From contig CAWFNA010000001.1 in the NCBI GenBank assembly GCA_963817105.1, positions 66,711-130,710 of the forward strand: DNA of 64,000 bases, given 5' to 3'. The notes under the pieces were generated by a model. The model saw only the letters and a program-made list of their open reading frames with translations, was not told the origin of the DNA and did no database searches. Below, piece by piece: positions 9,428-16,412 of the stretch. Made by a program: the position numbers and the translations under genes. The stretch comes from an uncultured Actinomycetes bacterium. Lineage in GTDB: Bacteria > Actinomycetota > Thermoleophilia > Gaiellales > Gaiellaceae. Each line of letters starts with the position of its first letter. Within the stretch, counting starts at the first letter, position 1.

Positions 9428-9973
9428 TTACGCCCAGGGCAGACGAGCCCAGTTCGGCGGCCGCTCTCGCCGGAACCGCTCGACCGTCGCGTACGCCTGC
9501 CTCCAGTCGGAGGTCTCCTCCGCCACGCTCGCGCCGTAGCGCGCCGCGAGCTCCGACACCGGGTAGTGCACTCCGGTCCCCGAGCGCGAACCGACCATCA
9601 GGATCACACACGGCCCCTCGCCCGCACCCACGAAGGCGTGCTCGGTCCACGGGGAAGAGTGGAAGAAGTCCCAGAGCCGCAGGCGTCGCTCCTCGTCCTC
9701 GACGAGCAGCGCGCACTCCCCTGAAAGGACGAGGAACGCCTCCTGGTTCGACTCGGCGTGGTAGAGACCGGTCTGTCCTGGCTCCAGGACGGTGACGTTG
9801 ATCCCGAGCTGGGCGAACTCGACCGGCGGATCGCCGTACTCGTTCTCGAAGGCGCACCTCGCGCCCCTCCTCTCCGAGAACCACCACTCGCTGTCGCGCA
9901 CGTTGACGACGAACCAGCCCTGGGTCACGGGCGTGAGCCCCGATCCGAAGTCCTCGAGTTGTGCTCCGGGCAC
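9428..9973 (-). CDS. cupin-domain protein
   Basis: Internal GTG of ORF 9428..10081. GINVTVLEPGQTGLYHAESNQEAFLVLSGECALLVEDEE is a cupin beta-barrel core. Confidence 0.65.
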   Translation of the reverse strand: MPGAQLEDFGSGLTPVTQGWFVVNVRDSEWWFSERRGARCAFENEYGDPPVEFAQLGINVTVLEPGQTGLYHAESNQEAFLVLSGECALLVEDEERRLRLWDFFHSSPWTEHAFVGAGEGPCVILMVGSRSGTGVHYPVSELAARYGASVAEETSDWRQAYATVERFRRERPPNWARLPWA

Positions 9974-10019
9974 GGACGCGATTCTCGCACCGCGGTTAGT
10001 CGCGAGCGTCGCCTCGGAG

Positions 10020-10484
10020 CTAGTCCTCGCCTTCCCAGTACTCGACCGTGGGTCCGGGCCTCGCGAACATGATGTCTTCATCCTCGACGCCCTTGGCGAG
10101 AACCTTTCCGGTGTCGAGGTACTCGACGATCTCGCCGGGGATCATCGAGGAGAGCATGAGTACGCGAATAGGCGAGTCCGTTCGGTTGATGATCTGATGC
10201 GCACCCTCCTTGCCGCGCGGAAAGCAGACGGCGTCACCCTCCTTCAGCACATGTTCACCCTCGGGCGTGCGCAGCGTGGGCTCGCCGCGGAGCACGATCA
10301 CCCATTCCTCATTCAGGTGGTGCGCGTGGTAGGGCCAGAGCCTGCTGCCAGGCTCGACCTCGGACATGGTCGCGCCGATTAGCTCACCGCCGATGCGTTG
10401 GCCGACAAGCGCGCCCTTGAAGCGCCAGCCCTCGCGGTCCCTCGTCCCGTCCCACTCGTCGCTGTTGAGATTGAAAGTCCTCAT
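10020..10484 (-). CDS. cupin-domain protein
   Basis: ATG at MRTFNLN within ORF 10020..10544. LWPYHAHHLNEEWVIVLRGEPTLRTPEGEHVLKEGDAVCFPRGKEGAHQIIN contains the cupin motifs. Confidence 0.7.
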   Translation of the reverse strand: MRTFNLNSDEWDGTRDREGWRFKGALVGQRIGGELIGATMSEVEPGSRLWPYHAHHLNEEWVIVLRGEPTLRTPEGEHVLKEGDAVCFPRGKEGAHQIINRTDSPIRVLMLSSMIPGEIVEYLDTGKVLAKGVEDEDIMFARPGPTVEYWEGED

Positions 10485-10548
10485 TCGGTAAACCCCGAGC
10501 ACGCGCGGCCTCCGTCGGGGCATCTCGAGGCGGCTATTCTCCATCGCC

Positions 10549-11112
10549 GTGCCCGCCTACGTTGTCAGAGCGCTGGACGAGTCGACCTGGCCTGCGTTCG
10601 CCGCGCTGGTGGAACGCAACAATGGCATCTTCGGGGGCTGCTGGTGCATGGGGTTCCACGAAGACAACAAAGGCACGGTGCCCCCCAAGCGCGAGCGGAA
10701 GCTCGCTCGCGTGCGGGCAGGCACGGCGCATGCGGCCCTCGTGTTCGACGGCGACGACTGCCTGGGCTGGTGCCAGTTCGGCGCGCCCGACGAGGTGCCG
10801 AGGATCAAGAACCGCGCCGTGTACGAGAAGAGCCTGACGGCGTTGCCGGACTGGCGAACCGCGTGCCACTTCGTCGGCAAGGGGCACCGTCGCCAGGGTG
10901 TCGCCACCGCGGCGCTCGCGGGCGCGCTCGACCTCATCGCGGATCTCGGCGGCGGGAGGGTGGAGGGCTACCCGGAGGACGCAGGCTCGGTCCCTGCCGG
11001 CTTTCTCTACCACGGTGCTCTGTCGACGTACGAGGGACTCGGATTCGTGCGCGACCGCAAGATCGGCAAGCACCGCTGGGTCGTTACAAAGGTGGTCGAG
11101 CCAAAGCCTTAG
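10549..11112 (+). CDS. GNAT-family N-acetyltransferase
   Basis: 187-aa ORF. GKGHRRQGVATAALAGALDLIADLGG is an acetyl-CoA-binding Q/RxxGxA motif. Confidence 0.75.
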   Translation: MPAYVVRALDESTWPAFAALVERNNGIFGGCWCMGFHEDNKGTVPPKRERKLARVRAGTAHAALVFDGDDCLGWCQFGAPDEVPRIKNRAVYEKSLTALPDWRTACHFVGKGHRRQGVATAALAGALDLIADLGGGRVEGYPEDAGSVPAGFLYHGALSTYEGLGFVRDRKIGKHRWVVTKVVEPKP

Positions 11113-11164
11113 GCGGCGTCGCGACGCTCCAGGGACATTCTCGAACGCCGGCGCATGCAAGACC

Positions 11165-11246
11165 GCGACCACCTGAGTAGTACGGCGTGCCCTTCCACGC
11201 TGCGAGGCACTTGGGGGATCCCTGCTTCAGTGGCCCGCTCGCCGCC
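11165..11246 (+). repeat. cassette-junction repeat, copy 0 (degenerate)
   Basis: CTGAGTAG at 11173-11180 (cacCTGAGTAGtacgg). An arm-like cagtggcccgctcgccgcc lies at 11228-11246. It follows the GNAT stop directly. Confidence 0.4.
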
Positions 11247-11315
11247 GAAATCAAGCACTAGGATGCCCCCGCTGCAAGTGTCGGCATTCGGAGCTCATCC
11301 AGGAGGTACGGCTAG

Positions 11316-11717
11316 ATGGCGGAGGCCAAGCAGGTTGTCGAGCGGCACGTCGACGCGTTCAACGCACACCAGCCGGACGCCGATCCGTGGGCTGAAGACG
11401 CCGAGTTCGTGGTACCGGGTGCGTCGATGCGCGGCCGTGAGGACGTGCTGGCGTTCCTCGGCGCTTTCCAGGAGGGATTTCCCGACGGGCGGCTCGAGCT
11501 GTCGCGGGTCTTCGGCGAGGGCTCCCTCGTCGCAGCGGAAGGACGGTTCATTGGCACGCACAGCGGCGTGTTCCGCACGCCCTCTGGCGAGGTCCCGGCC
11601 ACCGGTCGGCATGTCGAGTTCCGCTGGATGTCCGCCTATGAGGCTCGTGGCGACGAGCTCGCCTCCGAGCATCTGTTCTTCGATCAAGTCGAGCTCCTCG
11701 CCCAACTTGGCCTCTAG
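11316..11717 (+). CDS. SnoaL-like/ester-cyclase (NTF2-fold) protein
   Basis: AGGAGG RBS 8 nt upstream. VVERHVDAFNAHQPD...FLGAFQEGFPDGRLEL...RFIGTHSGVF matches the SnoaL polyketide-cyclase-like pattern. Confidence 0.7.
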   Translation: MAEAKQVVERHVDAFNAHQPDADPWAEDAEFVVPGASMRGREDVLAFLGAFQEGFPDGRLELSRVFGEGSLVAAEGRFIGTHSGVFRTPSGEVPATGRHVEFRWMSAYEARGDELASEHLFFDQVELLAQLGL

Positions 11718-11814
11718 ACGCGAGAGAGATCAGCTTTCTTTACGTCAAGGTCGAGTGCCCGGGCCCGACGCCGTTTCGCCAACCCCCAAGGCTCAAGCGC
11801 TCGTAGTCGGGACT

Positions 11815-11895
11815 CCACGCGCTGAGTAGCGATGGCCCTAGGACGAGAACAAAGCATGACGACTTGAGCTAGGACGGGGACGGGTTGAGTAGCAA
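11815..11895 (+). repeat. cassette-junction repeat, copy 1 (degenerate; two core starts)
   Basis: gcgCTGAGTAGCGatgg at 11822-11829 and gTTGAGTAGCaac at 11885-11893. Confidence 0.45.
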
Positions 11896-12114
11896 CTAGC
11901 CGATGCGGGTTGGGCAAGTGCTTCGGCGGCGCTATAGTCAAGGCGCCGGTGTCCCGAGCACCAGACCGTCGTAGATTCCGAGCGGGGAAGCCACACCACA
12001 CTCGGTTGCGCCAGCGTTCCGCATGACGGCTGAGCCCGGATCATCCGCGGAGCCAGGGTGGCCGGGCGTGAAGCTAGGTGGGCGGGGACGAGCAGGCGGG
12101 AGTTCGTTTCCGCG

Positions 12115-12690
12115 TCAGGCGGGCGGATGTTTCCAGACGACTGTCGTCCGCCCCGAATCGACAGGGGTGACGGTTTCTGTCGGTATCGCACCGAGTCTCT
12201 CGGCGACCCGCTGAGAGCGGACGTTATCGGACGAGATCAGAGAGACAAGCCGGTCGATGGATCGACACCCATATGCCCATTTCCGGATGGCCGCGGCTGC
12301 TTCGCTCGCATATCCGTGGCCCCAGTGCGCACGTATCAAGGCCCACCCAAGCTCCGGCTGACCATGGCTTCCTGCGTTAGCCCAGGTCGAGGGCGTCCAG
12401 CCGCGTGTATCGAAGATCATGAGACCGGCCTGGCCGACCACCTGCTGGTCGGTAGCTGCGGTCTCAATGATGAACGCACCGAGCCCGTCCGTTCTCCAAC
12501 CACCGATCCATTCTTCGATGATGGCTCGTGCTTCCTCGGTTGCTGAGACGGGCTCTTTGCCCAAGCCATGCATCACCTCGGAGTCCGTGAACAGGTCGTA
12601 AAGCGCGTCCGCGTCCCGCAGAGTCGGCGTGCGTAGGCAAAGCCTGTCCGTATGAAGGAGCACCTCCCAGGACGAGGCGTCAGGAGCCAC
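12115..12690 (-). CDS. GNAT-family N-acetyltransferase (RimJ/RimL-like)
   Basis: 191-aa ORF. TDRLCLRTPTLRDADAL...ELGWALIRAHWGHGYASEAAAAIRKWAY is typical of RimJ/L-type GNATs. Confidence 0.8.
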   Translation of the reverse strand: MAPDASSWEVLLHTDRLCLRTPTLRDADALYDLFTDSEVMHGLGKEPVSATEEARAIIEEWIGGWRTDGLGAFIIETAATDQQVVGQAGLMIFDTRGWTPSTWANAGSHGQPELGWALIRAHWGHGYASEAAAAIRKWAYGCRSIDRLVSLISSDNVRSQRVAERLGAIPTETVTPVDSGRTTVVWKHPPA

Positions 12691-12721
12691 GCCAAGAGGC
12701 TAACCGGAGCCGCAACCGCCG

Positions 12722-12852
12722 CTTGGGCCAGTGTGCTCTCGCCTGACATCGCTCATCAGGCCTGCCGCGCTGAGTAGCGTGGATCAAATAGGGCATAACG
12801 ACCGCTGTCATGATCCGGCCGCGACAGCGTTCAGGCGAGAGCGCGCCGCCCA
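12722..12852 (+). repeat. cassette-junction repeat, copy 2 (complete: inverted arms + core + internal hairpin)
   Basis: Left arm cttgggccagtgtGCTCTCGCCTGAc (12735-12746) is the exact inverse of TCAGGCGAGAGC (12831-12842). Core catcaggcctgccgcgCTGAGTAGCGTGGATCAAATAGGGCATAAC starts at 12770. Extra hairpin GCTGTC...GACAGC at 12804-12828. Confidence 0.8.
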
Positions 12853-12887
12853 CACGACGGCGCGGTGGGCGTGGCATCCTGATTGGC

Positions 12888-13487
12888 GTGCGCGTCCTCG
12901 ATCGATCGCTGTCGCGGTTCCCCAGGCCACTCCGAACACTGATCGACTGGACGCTTACGATCACCCTTGCCGTTATGGGAGTGCTTGTCTTCCAGGCCGA
13001 GATCGCGAAGCCGTACAGGATCCCCTCGGCCTCGATGGAGCCGACTCTCCATTGCGGGAAGCCTGCGGACGACTGTAGGTCTCGCGTCTCTGATCGAGTG
13101 ATCGCGAACCGAATCGTCTACCGGTTCCATGCACCCGAGCGTGGCGACATCATCGTCTTCAACGCGCCTGCCAGGGTGAAAGCGGCTTGCAACGCCAGTG
13201 GCGTGTTCGTCAAGCGGATCGTCGGGCTTCCTGGCGAGCAGGTTTCGATGCAAGAGGGTCACGTCCTCATCAACGGAGTTCGGCTGAGGGAGCCTTATCT
13301 CGCCCCCGCCTATCGCGGGCGGGAGAGCGGCGAATGGCCTCGGAGCCCCCGAGCCGGCTACTTCGTGCTCGGCGACAACCGCGCGATGTCGTGCGACTCA
13401 CGCCGTTGGGGCGTCGTTCCGCGCGAGAGCATCATCGGCCGAGTCGATATCCGGTACTGGCCGCCCAATCGGGCGGGCGAACCCTAG
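12888..13487 (+). CDS. lepB: signal peptidase I
   Basis: ORF 12810..13487. I prefer GTG 12888 because the first 26 codons lie inside the repeat. Motifs: IPSASMEPTL (catalytic Ser box), GDIIVF, VKRIVGLPGE, GDNRAMSCDSRRWG. Confidence 0.8.
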   Translation: MRVLDRSLSRFPRPLRTLIDWTLTITLAVMGVLVFQAEIAKPYRIPSASMEPTLHCGKPADDCRSRVSDRVIANRIVYRFHAPERGDIIVFNAPARVKAACNASGVFVKRIVGLPGEQVSMQEGHVLINGVRLREPYLAPAYRGRESGEWPRSPRAGYFVLGDNRAMSCDSRRWGVVPRESIIGRVDIRYWPPNRAGEP

Positions 13488-13597
13488 CCAGCCAGCTTCT
13501 CCTCCACGCCGGTGCCGCGGATGCACCCTGAACGCGGGCTACGTCCACGTCGCTACGAACGATCCCACCGGATTCGCCACTCCGTCGGCGGATTAGA

Positions 13598-14629
13598 GTG
13601 CCTCGGCCTGTGGCCGAACGAGTCCTCACGCTACGCGAGCTGAACCGCGCGACACTCGCGCGGCAGCTCCTCCTCCAGCGCACGCGACTCTCGCCAACGG
13701 CGGTGATCGAGCGCCTCGTCGGGATGCAGGCGCAGTCGCCGCAGGCTCCGTACGTCGGTATCTGGACGCGCACGACGGGGTTCCGGCGCGGGTCGCTCGA
13801 GCGGCTGCTCCGGCAGTCCACGATCGTCAGGGCGACGGCGACGCGGCAGACGCTGCACCTCGTCACGCGGCGCGACTATGCGCTCATCCGGGCGGCCTTC
13901 CCCTGGGAGACGGAACGGGCGAATCAGCTCGCCCCGTCGGTGCGCGCGCTCGCAGCCGGGGGACCCGTCACGTCGGCGGAGGCGCTCGCCCACCTGGAGA
14001 GCGAGTACGGCCTCGCCGGCGTCGATGCGCGCCGCGCCTGGCAGACGGCGCGCGTCGCAGCGCACATCGTCCACCACCCCGAGACGGCGCTCTGGCAGCC
14101 GCGCAACGAGCAACGGTTTGTCGCGATCGAGGAACCGGAGGCGCACGTCCCGGTCGAGGCGCGCGTCGAGATCTTCCGCCGCTACCTCGCGGCCTTCGGC
14201 CCCTCGACGCGCCGCGACATCGGAGCCTGGAGCATGATCCGCGTGGCCGAGATCGACGCTGCACTGGAGCTGCTCGAGCCGCTGCGCCGCTTCCGCGACG
14301 AGCAGGGCCGCGAGCTCCTCGACGTCCCACGAGCGCCGCTGCCGGACGCCGAGACCCCGGCGCCCGTACGCTTCCTGCCGAAGTGGGACAACGTCCTGCT
14401 CGCCTGGGCCGACCGGACGCGCGTGCTCCCCGAGCAGTACCGGAAGACGGTGATCAAGATGAACGGCGACGTCGCGCAGACGTTCCTGGTCGACGGATTC
14501 GTCGCCGGGATCTGGCGCGTCGACGACGGCCGTGTCGTGCTGGAGCCGTTCGAGCCTCTTTCAGCCGCGGCGCGGCGCGAGATCGAGGACGAGGCAGGGC
14601 GTCTGGAGGCGTTCCTCGCCGAGCCCTAG
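13598..14629 (+). CDS. winged-helix DNA-binding protein of the YcaQ/AlkZ (DUF1006) DNA-glycosylase family
   Basis: 343-aa ORF. LNRATLARQLLLQR...ERLVGMQAQSPQAPYVGIWTR...LPKWDNVLLAW are characteristic of the family. Confidence 0.7.
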   Translation: MPRPVAERVLTLRELNRATLARQLLLQRTRLSPTAVIERLVGMQAQSPQAPYVGIWTRTTGFRRGSLERLLRQSTIVRATATRQTLHLVTRRDYALIRAAFPWETERANQLAPSVRALAAGGPVTSAEALAHLESEYGLAGVDARRAWQTARVAAHIVHHPETALWQPRNEQRFVAIEEPEAHVPVEARVEIFRRYLAAFGPSTRRDIGAWSMIRVAEIDAALELLEPLRRFRDEQGRELLDVPRAPLPDAETPAPVRFLPKWDNVLLAWADRTRVLPEQYRKTVIKMNGDVAQTFLVDGFVAGIWRVDDGRVVLEPFEPLSAAARREIEDEAGRLEAFLAEP

Positions 14630-14740
14630 TCGCGCTCGGCGAGCAGCTGCTGCATGCGCGCGATCTCGATCCGCTGGCCGTCCTCGACGTTATGCGGTGC
14701 CACGCTTCGGATCGTACGCAGCAACCACGCAACGTCCACC

Positions 14741-14857
14741 CCGTCGGCTGGGCCAGTGTGCTCTCGCCTGGACATCGCCCGAGGGCCTGCCACGCTGAGT
14801 AGGAAGGATCAATAGGGCAGAACAGTCGCGTTAGGTGGGAACACGCTCGCCCAGGCC
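14741..14857 (+). repeat. cassette-junction repeat, copy 3 (complete: left arm + core + right arm)
   Basis: The sequence is ccgtcggctgggccagtgtgctctcgcctggac - atcgcccgagggcctgccacg - CTGAGTAGGAAGGATCAATAGGGCAGAAC (core from 14795) - agtcgcGTTAGGTGGGAACACGCTCGCCCAGGCC. Confidence 0.8.
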
Positions 14858-14875
14858 ACTCTCGCCCCGTTGGCT

Positions 14876-15427
14876 TCAGAGTCCTCGTCGGAGCCAATCG
14901 TCTCGGCGAACCTCGTACACCGTCATCGGCTCGCCCGAGCGCCCGCGGCCTGGGCCACGCGCTGCGAATCCGAGCTTGGCGGCAAGGCGACGAGATGGTT
15001 CGTTCGCTCCCTCCTCGATGTAGGCCGTGATGCTCTCGACGTCGGTACGGCCCCAGAGGTCATCGATTGCTGCTTCCATCGCCTCGGTCGCGATGCCTTC
15101 CCTCCGCCGCTCCTCGGTCACCCACCAGCCCGCCTCGACCTCGTCGGACGCGATTCCCTCGATGCCATGACCGGCAAGGCGCAGCTCGGCGCCGCCGAGG
15201 AAGCTCTCGTCTCGTCTGTCCCGGATCGCCCAGGGGCCGAAGCCGTGCTCTCGCCACTGCAGCTCGGCGGCGCGAGTGTCGCGCAATGCGTCGGCGGGGT
15301 TGTTCGACGCTCGTGCGTGCTCGGCCTCGTCGAGTCGTCTCAGCGGGATCAGGATCAGACGCGCTGTTCGGAGAACGATCCCGCCGCGTGCCGGCCCCGC
15401 TGATTCGCCCGCGTAGCGTCCATGCAC
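14876..15427 (-). CDS. GNAT-family N-acetyltransferase (RimJ/RimL-like)
   Basis: 183-aa ORF. TARLILIPLRRLD...EAGWWVTEERRREGIATEAMEAAIDDLW. The start codon is uncertain. Confidence 0.75.
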   Translation of the reverse strand: MHGRYAGESAGPARGGIVLRTARLILIPLRRLDEAEHARASNNPADALRDTRAAELQWREHGFGPWAIRDRRDESFLGGAELRLAGHGIEGIASDEVEAGWWVTEERRREGIATEAMEAAIDDLWGRTDVESITAYIEEGANEPSRRLAAKLGFAARGPGRGRSGEPMTVYEVRRDDWLRRGL

Positions 15428-15471
15428 GCCCGCAGTATGGCCCGATCCGTTCTGGTGTTATTCCCGAACTC

Positions 15472-15583
15472 ATTGGCCCACGTCAGGGCGCTACCGCCTG
15501 AGTAGCGTGGATCAATAGGGCAGAACGGCGTCAGGGGCTTTTCGCCCTGCGGTCGCGACGGGCAGGCGAGAGGAAGCTCGCTC
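15472..15583 (+). repeat. cassette-junction repeat, copy 4
   Basis: The sequence is attggcccacgtcagggcgctaccgcCTGAGTAGCGTGGATCAATAGGGCAGAAC (core from 15498), then hairpin CAGGGGCttttcGCCCTG, then arm GGCAGGCGAGAGGAAGCTCGCTC (15561-15583). Confidence 0.7.
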
Positions 15584-15639
15584 TGTCGAACCAGCGAGTC
15601 GTCACTCGCTCAGGTCGGCGTTAGTGTCTTTCGGTACCA

Positions 15640-15879
15640 ATGGTGGGCACTGCCACGATTACTACGACTGCTGCAGTTGCCGGCCTCGTTGCAAGCCTTG
15701 GAATCGGCAGTGTCATTGGCGCCGTCGCCGCTGGCTGGATTGCCCAGAGGGAGAAGTTCCGCGAACGCACCATCGAGGCGTGCGATGAGTTCCTCGAGAA
15801 GGAGAGCCGCGCGCGTGAGTTGTTGTTTCATGCCGAGCGTGCCCTCTTCTGCTCGATCGCGCCGAATCCCATGCGATGA
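15640..15879 (+). CDS. hypothetical small membrane protein
   Basis: 79-aa ORF with one clear TM (AAVAGLVASLGIGSVIGAVAAGWIA) and a charged tail. No family recognised. The rest of this inter-repeat interval has no convincing ORF. Confidence 0.3.
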   Translation: MVGTATITTTAAVAGLVASLGIGSVIGAVAAGWIAQREKFRERTIEACDEFLEKESRARELLFHAERALFCSIAPNPMR

Positions 15880-16289
15880 CACCCGGCGACCCGCAGCGGG
15901 GCGCTCGCCGACGCGACTGCGGCGTGCCGCGTGTTGCAGACACATGCCTAACCGGCTGTCACTCTTCTTTGGTACAGGCGAGGCGCGGGCGGCGGCTCAC
16001 CAGGCTCACAGGGTTGGCGCGCGGTACTTCTCCTGGCGAGACTCCCTCTACACGTTCGCCGTCGATGACGGCCCCCGACCGAAAGCCGGCGAGAACGAGC
16101 ATTTCGAGGTGAGGAAGGCAGGCGTACAACGCGTTCGCGCAGCACGCAAATGCTGTCATCAGGCCGCGGTTGAGGGACTCCTTCCCTGCAGGGCGGCGGA
16201 ACGCTTGACGGCTCCCATCTGCTTCGCCGAACCGTTCGTTTCTGGCTGAGTGGCAGCGGCTCCGCAGCTTGCTCGCCGGCCGGAGAGGC

Positions 16290-16353
16290 TCGCATCTGTA
16301 ACTACTGAGTAGCGGTAAATACCCGACTCCCTCAGGCGAGAGGACGCTCGCTC
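16290..16353 (+). repeat. cassette-junction repeat, copy 5 (short core + right arm)
   Basis: actaCTGAGTAGCGGTAAATAcccgactccCTCAGGCGAGAGGACGCTCGCTC. Core at 16305-16312, arm at 16330-16353. A weaker CTGAGTGG lies at 16246. Confidence 0.55.
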
Positions 16354-16412
16354 AACTCGCGGTCCTAGCCCCAGAGCTCGAGAAAGAGTAGACGGGCGGC
16401 TCAGCCCGGCGG

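Noticed and set aside
11925-11950. Hairpin GGCGC-tatagtcaa-GGCGCC as part of a tRNA or small RNA.
   Set aside because: There is no acceptor stem, no T-arm GTTCRANYC box and no anticodon arm nearby. I saw no tRNA-like sequence anywhere in the window.
12770-12800. CTGAGTAG...GAAC as a hammerhead-ribozyme core (CUGAUGA...GAAA).
   Set aside because: - The letters are transposed (GAGUAG versus GAUGAG).
- No stem II can form between the boxes.
- No flanking stems I or III are conserved between copies.
12781-12800. The core as a Xer/dif-type site or a sigma-70 promoter.
   Set aside because: - There is no 11-6-11 dyad with ATAA/TTAT arms.
- There is no -35/-10 pair with 16-19 bp spacing on either strand.
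12810-12887. Using the first ATG (12810) as the LepB start.
   Set aside because: These 26 codons lie inside repeat copy 2, with the ATG in a hairpin loop, and they encode Arg/Gly-rich filler. GTG 12888 gives a normal short cytoplasmic N-terminus before the TM helix.
14835-15023. Forward-strand ORFs that begin in right arms. Examples are GTG 14835 (MGTRSPRPLS...) and 12731..13078.
   Set aside because: They run antisense to, or overlap, well-supported genes and are compositionally junk. The arm reading frames are not conserved between copies.
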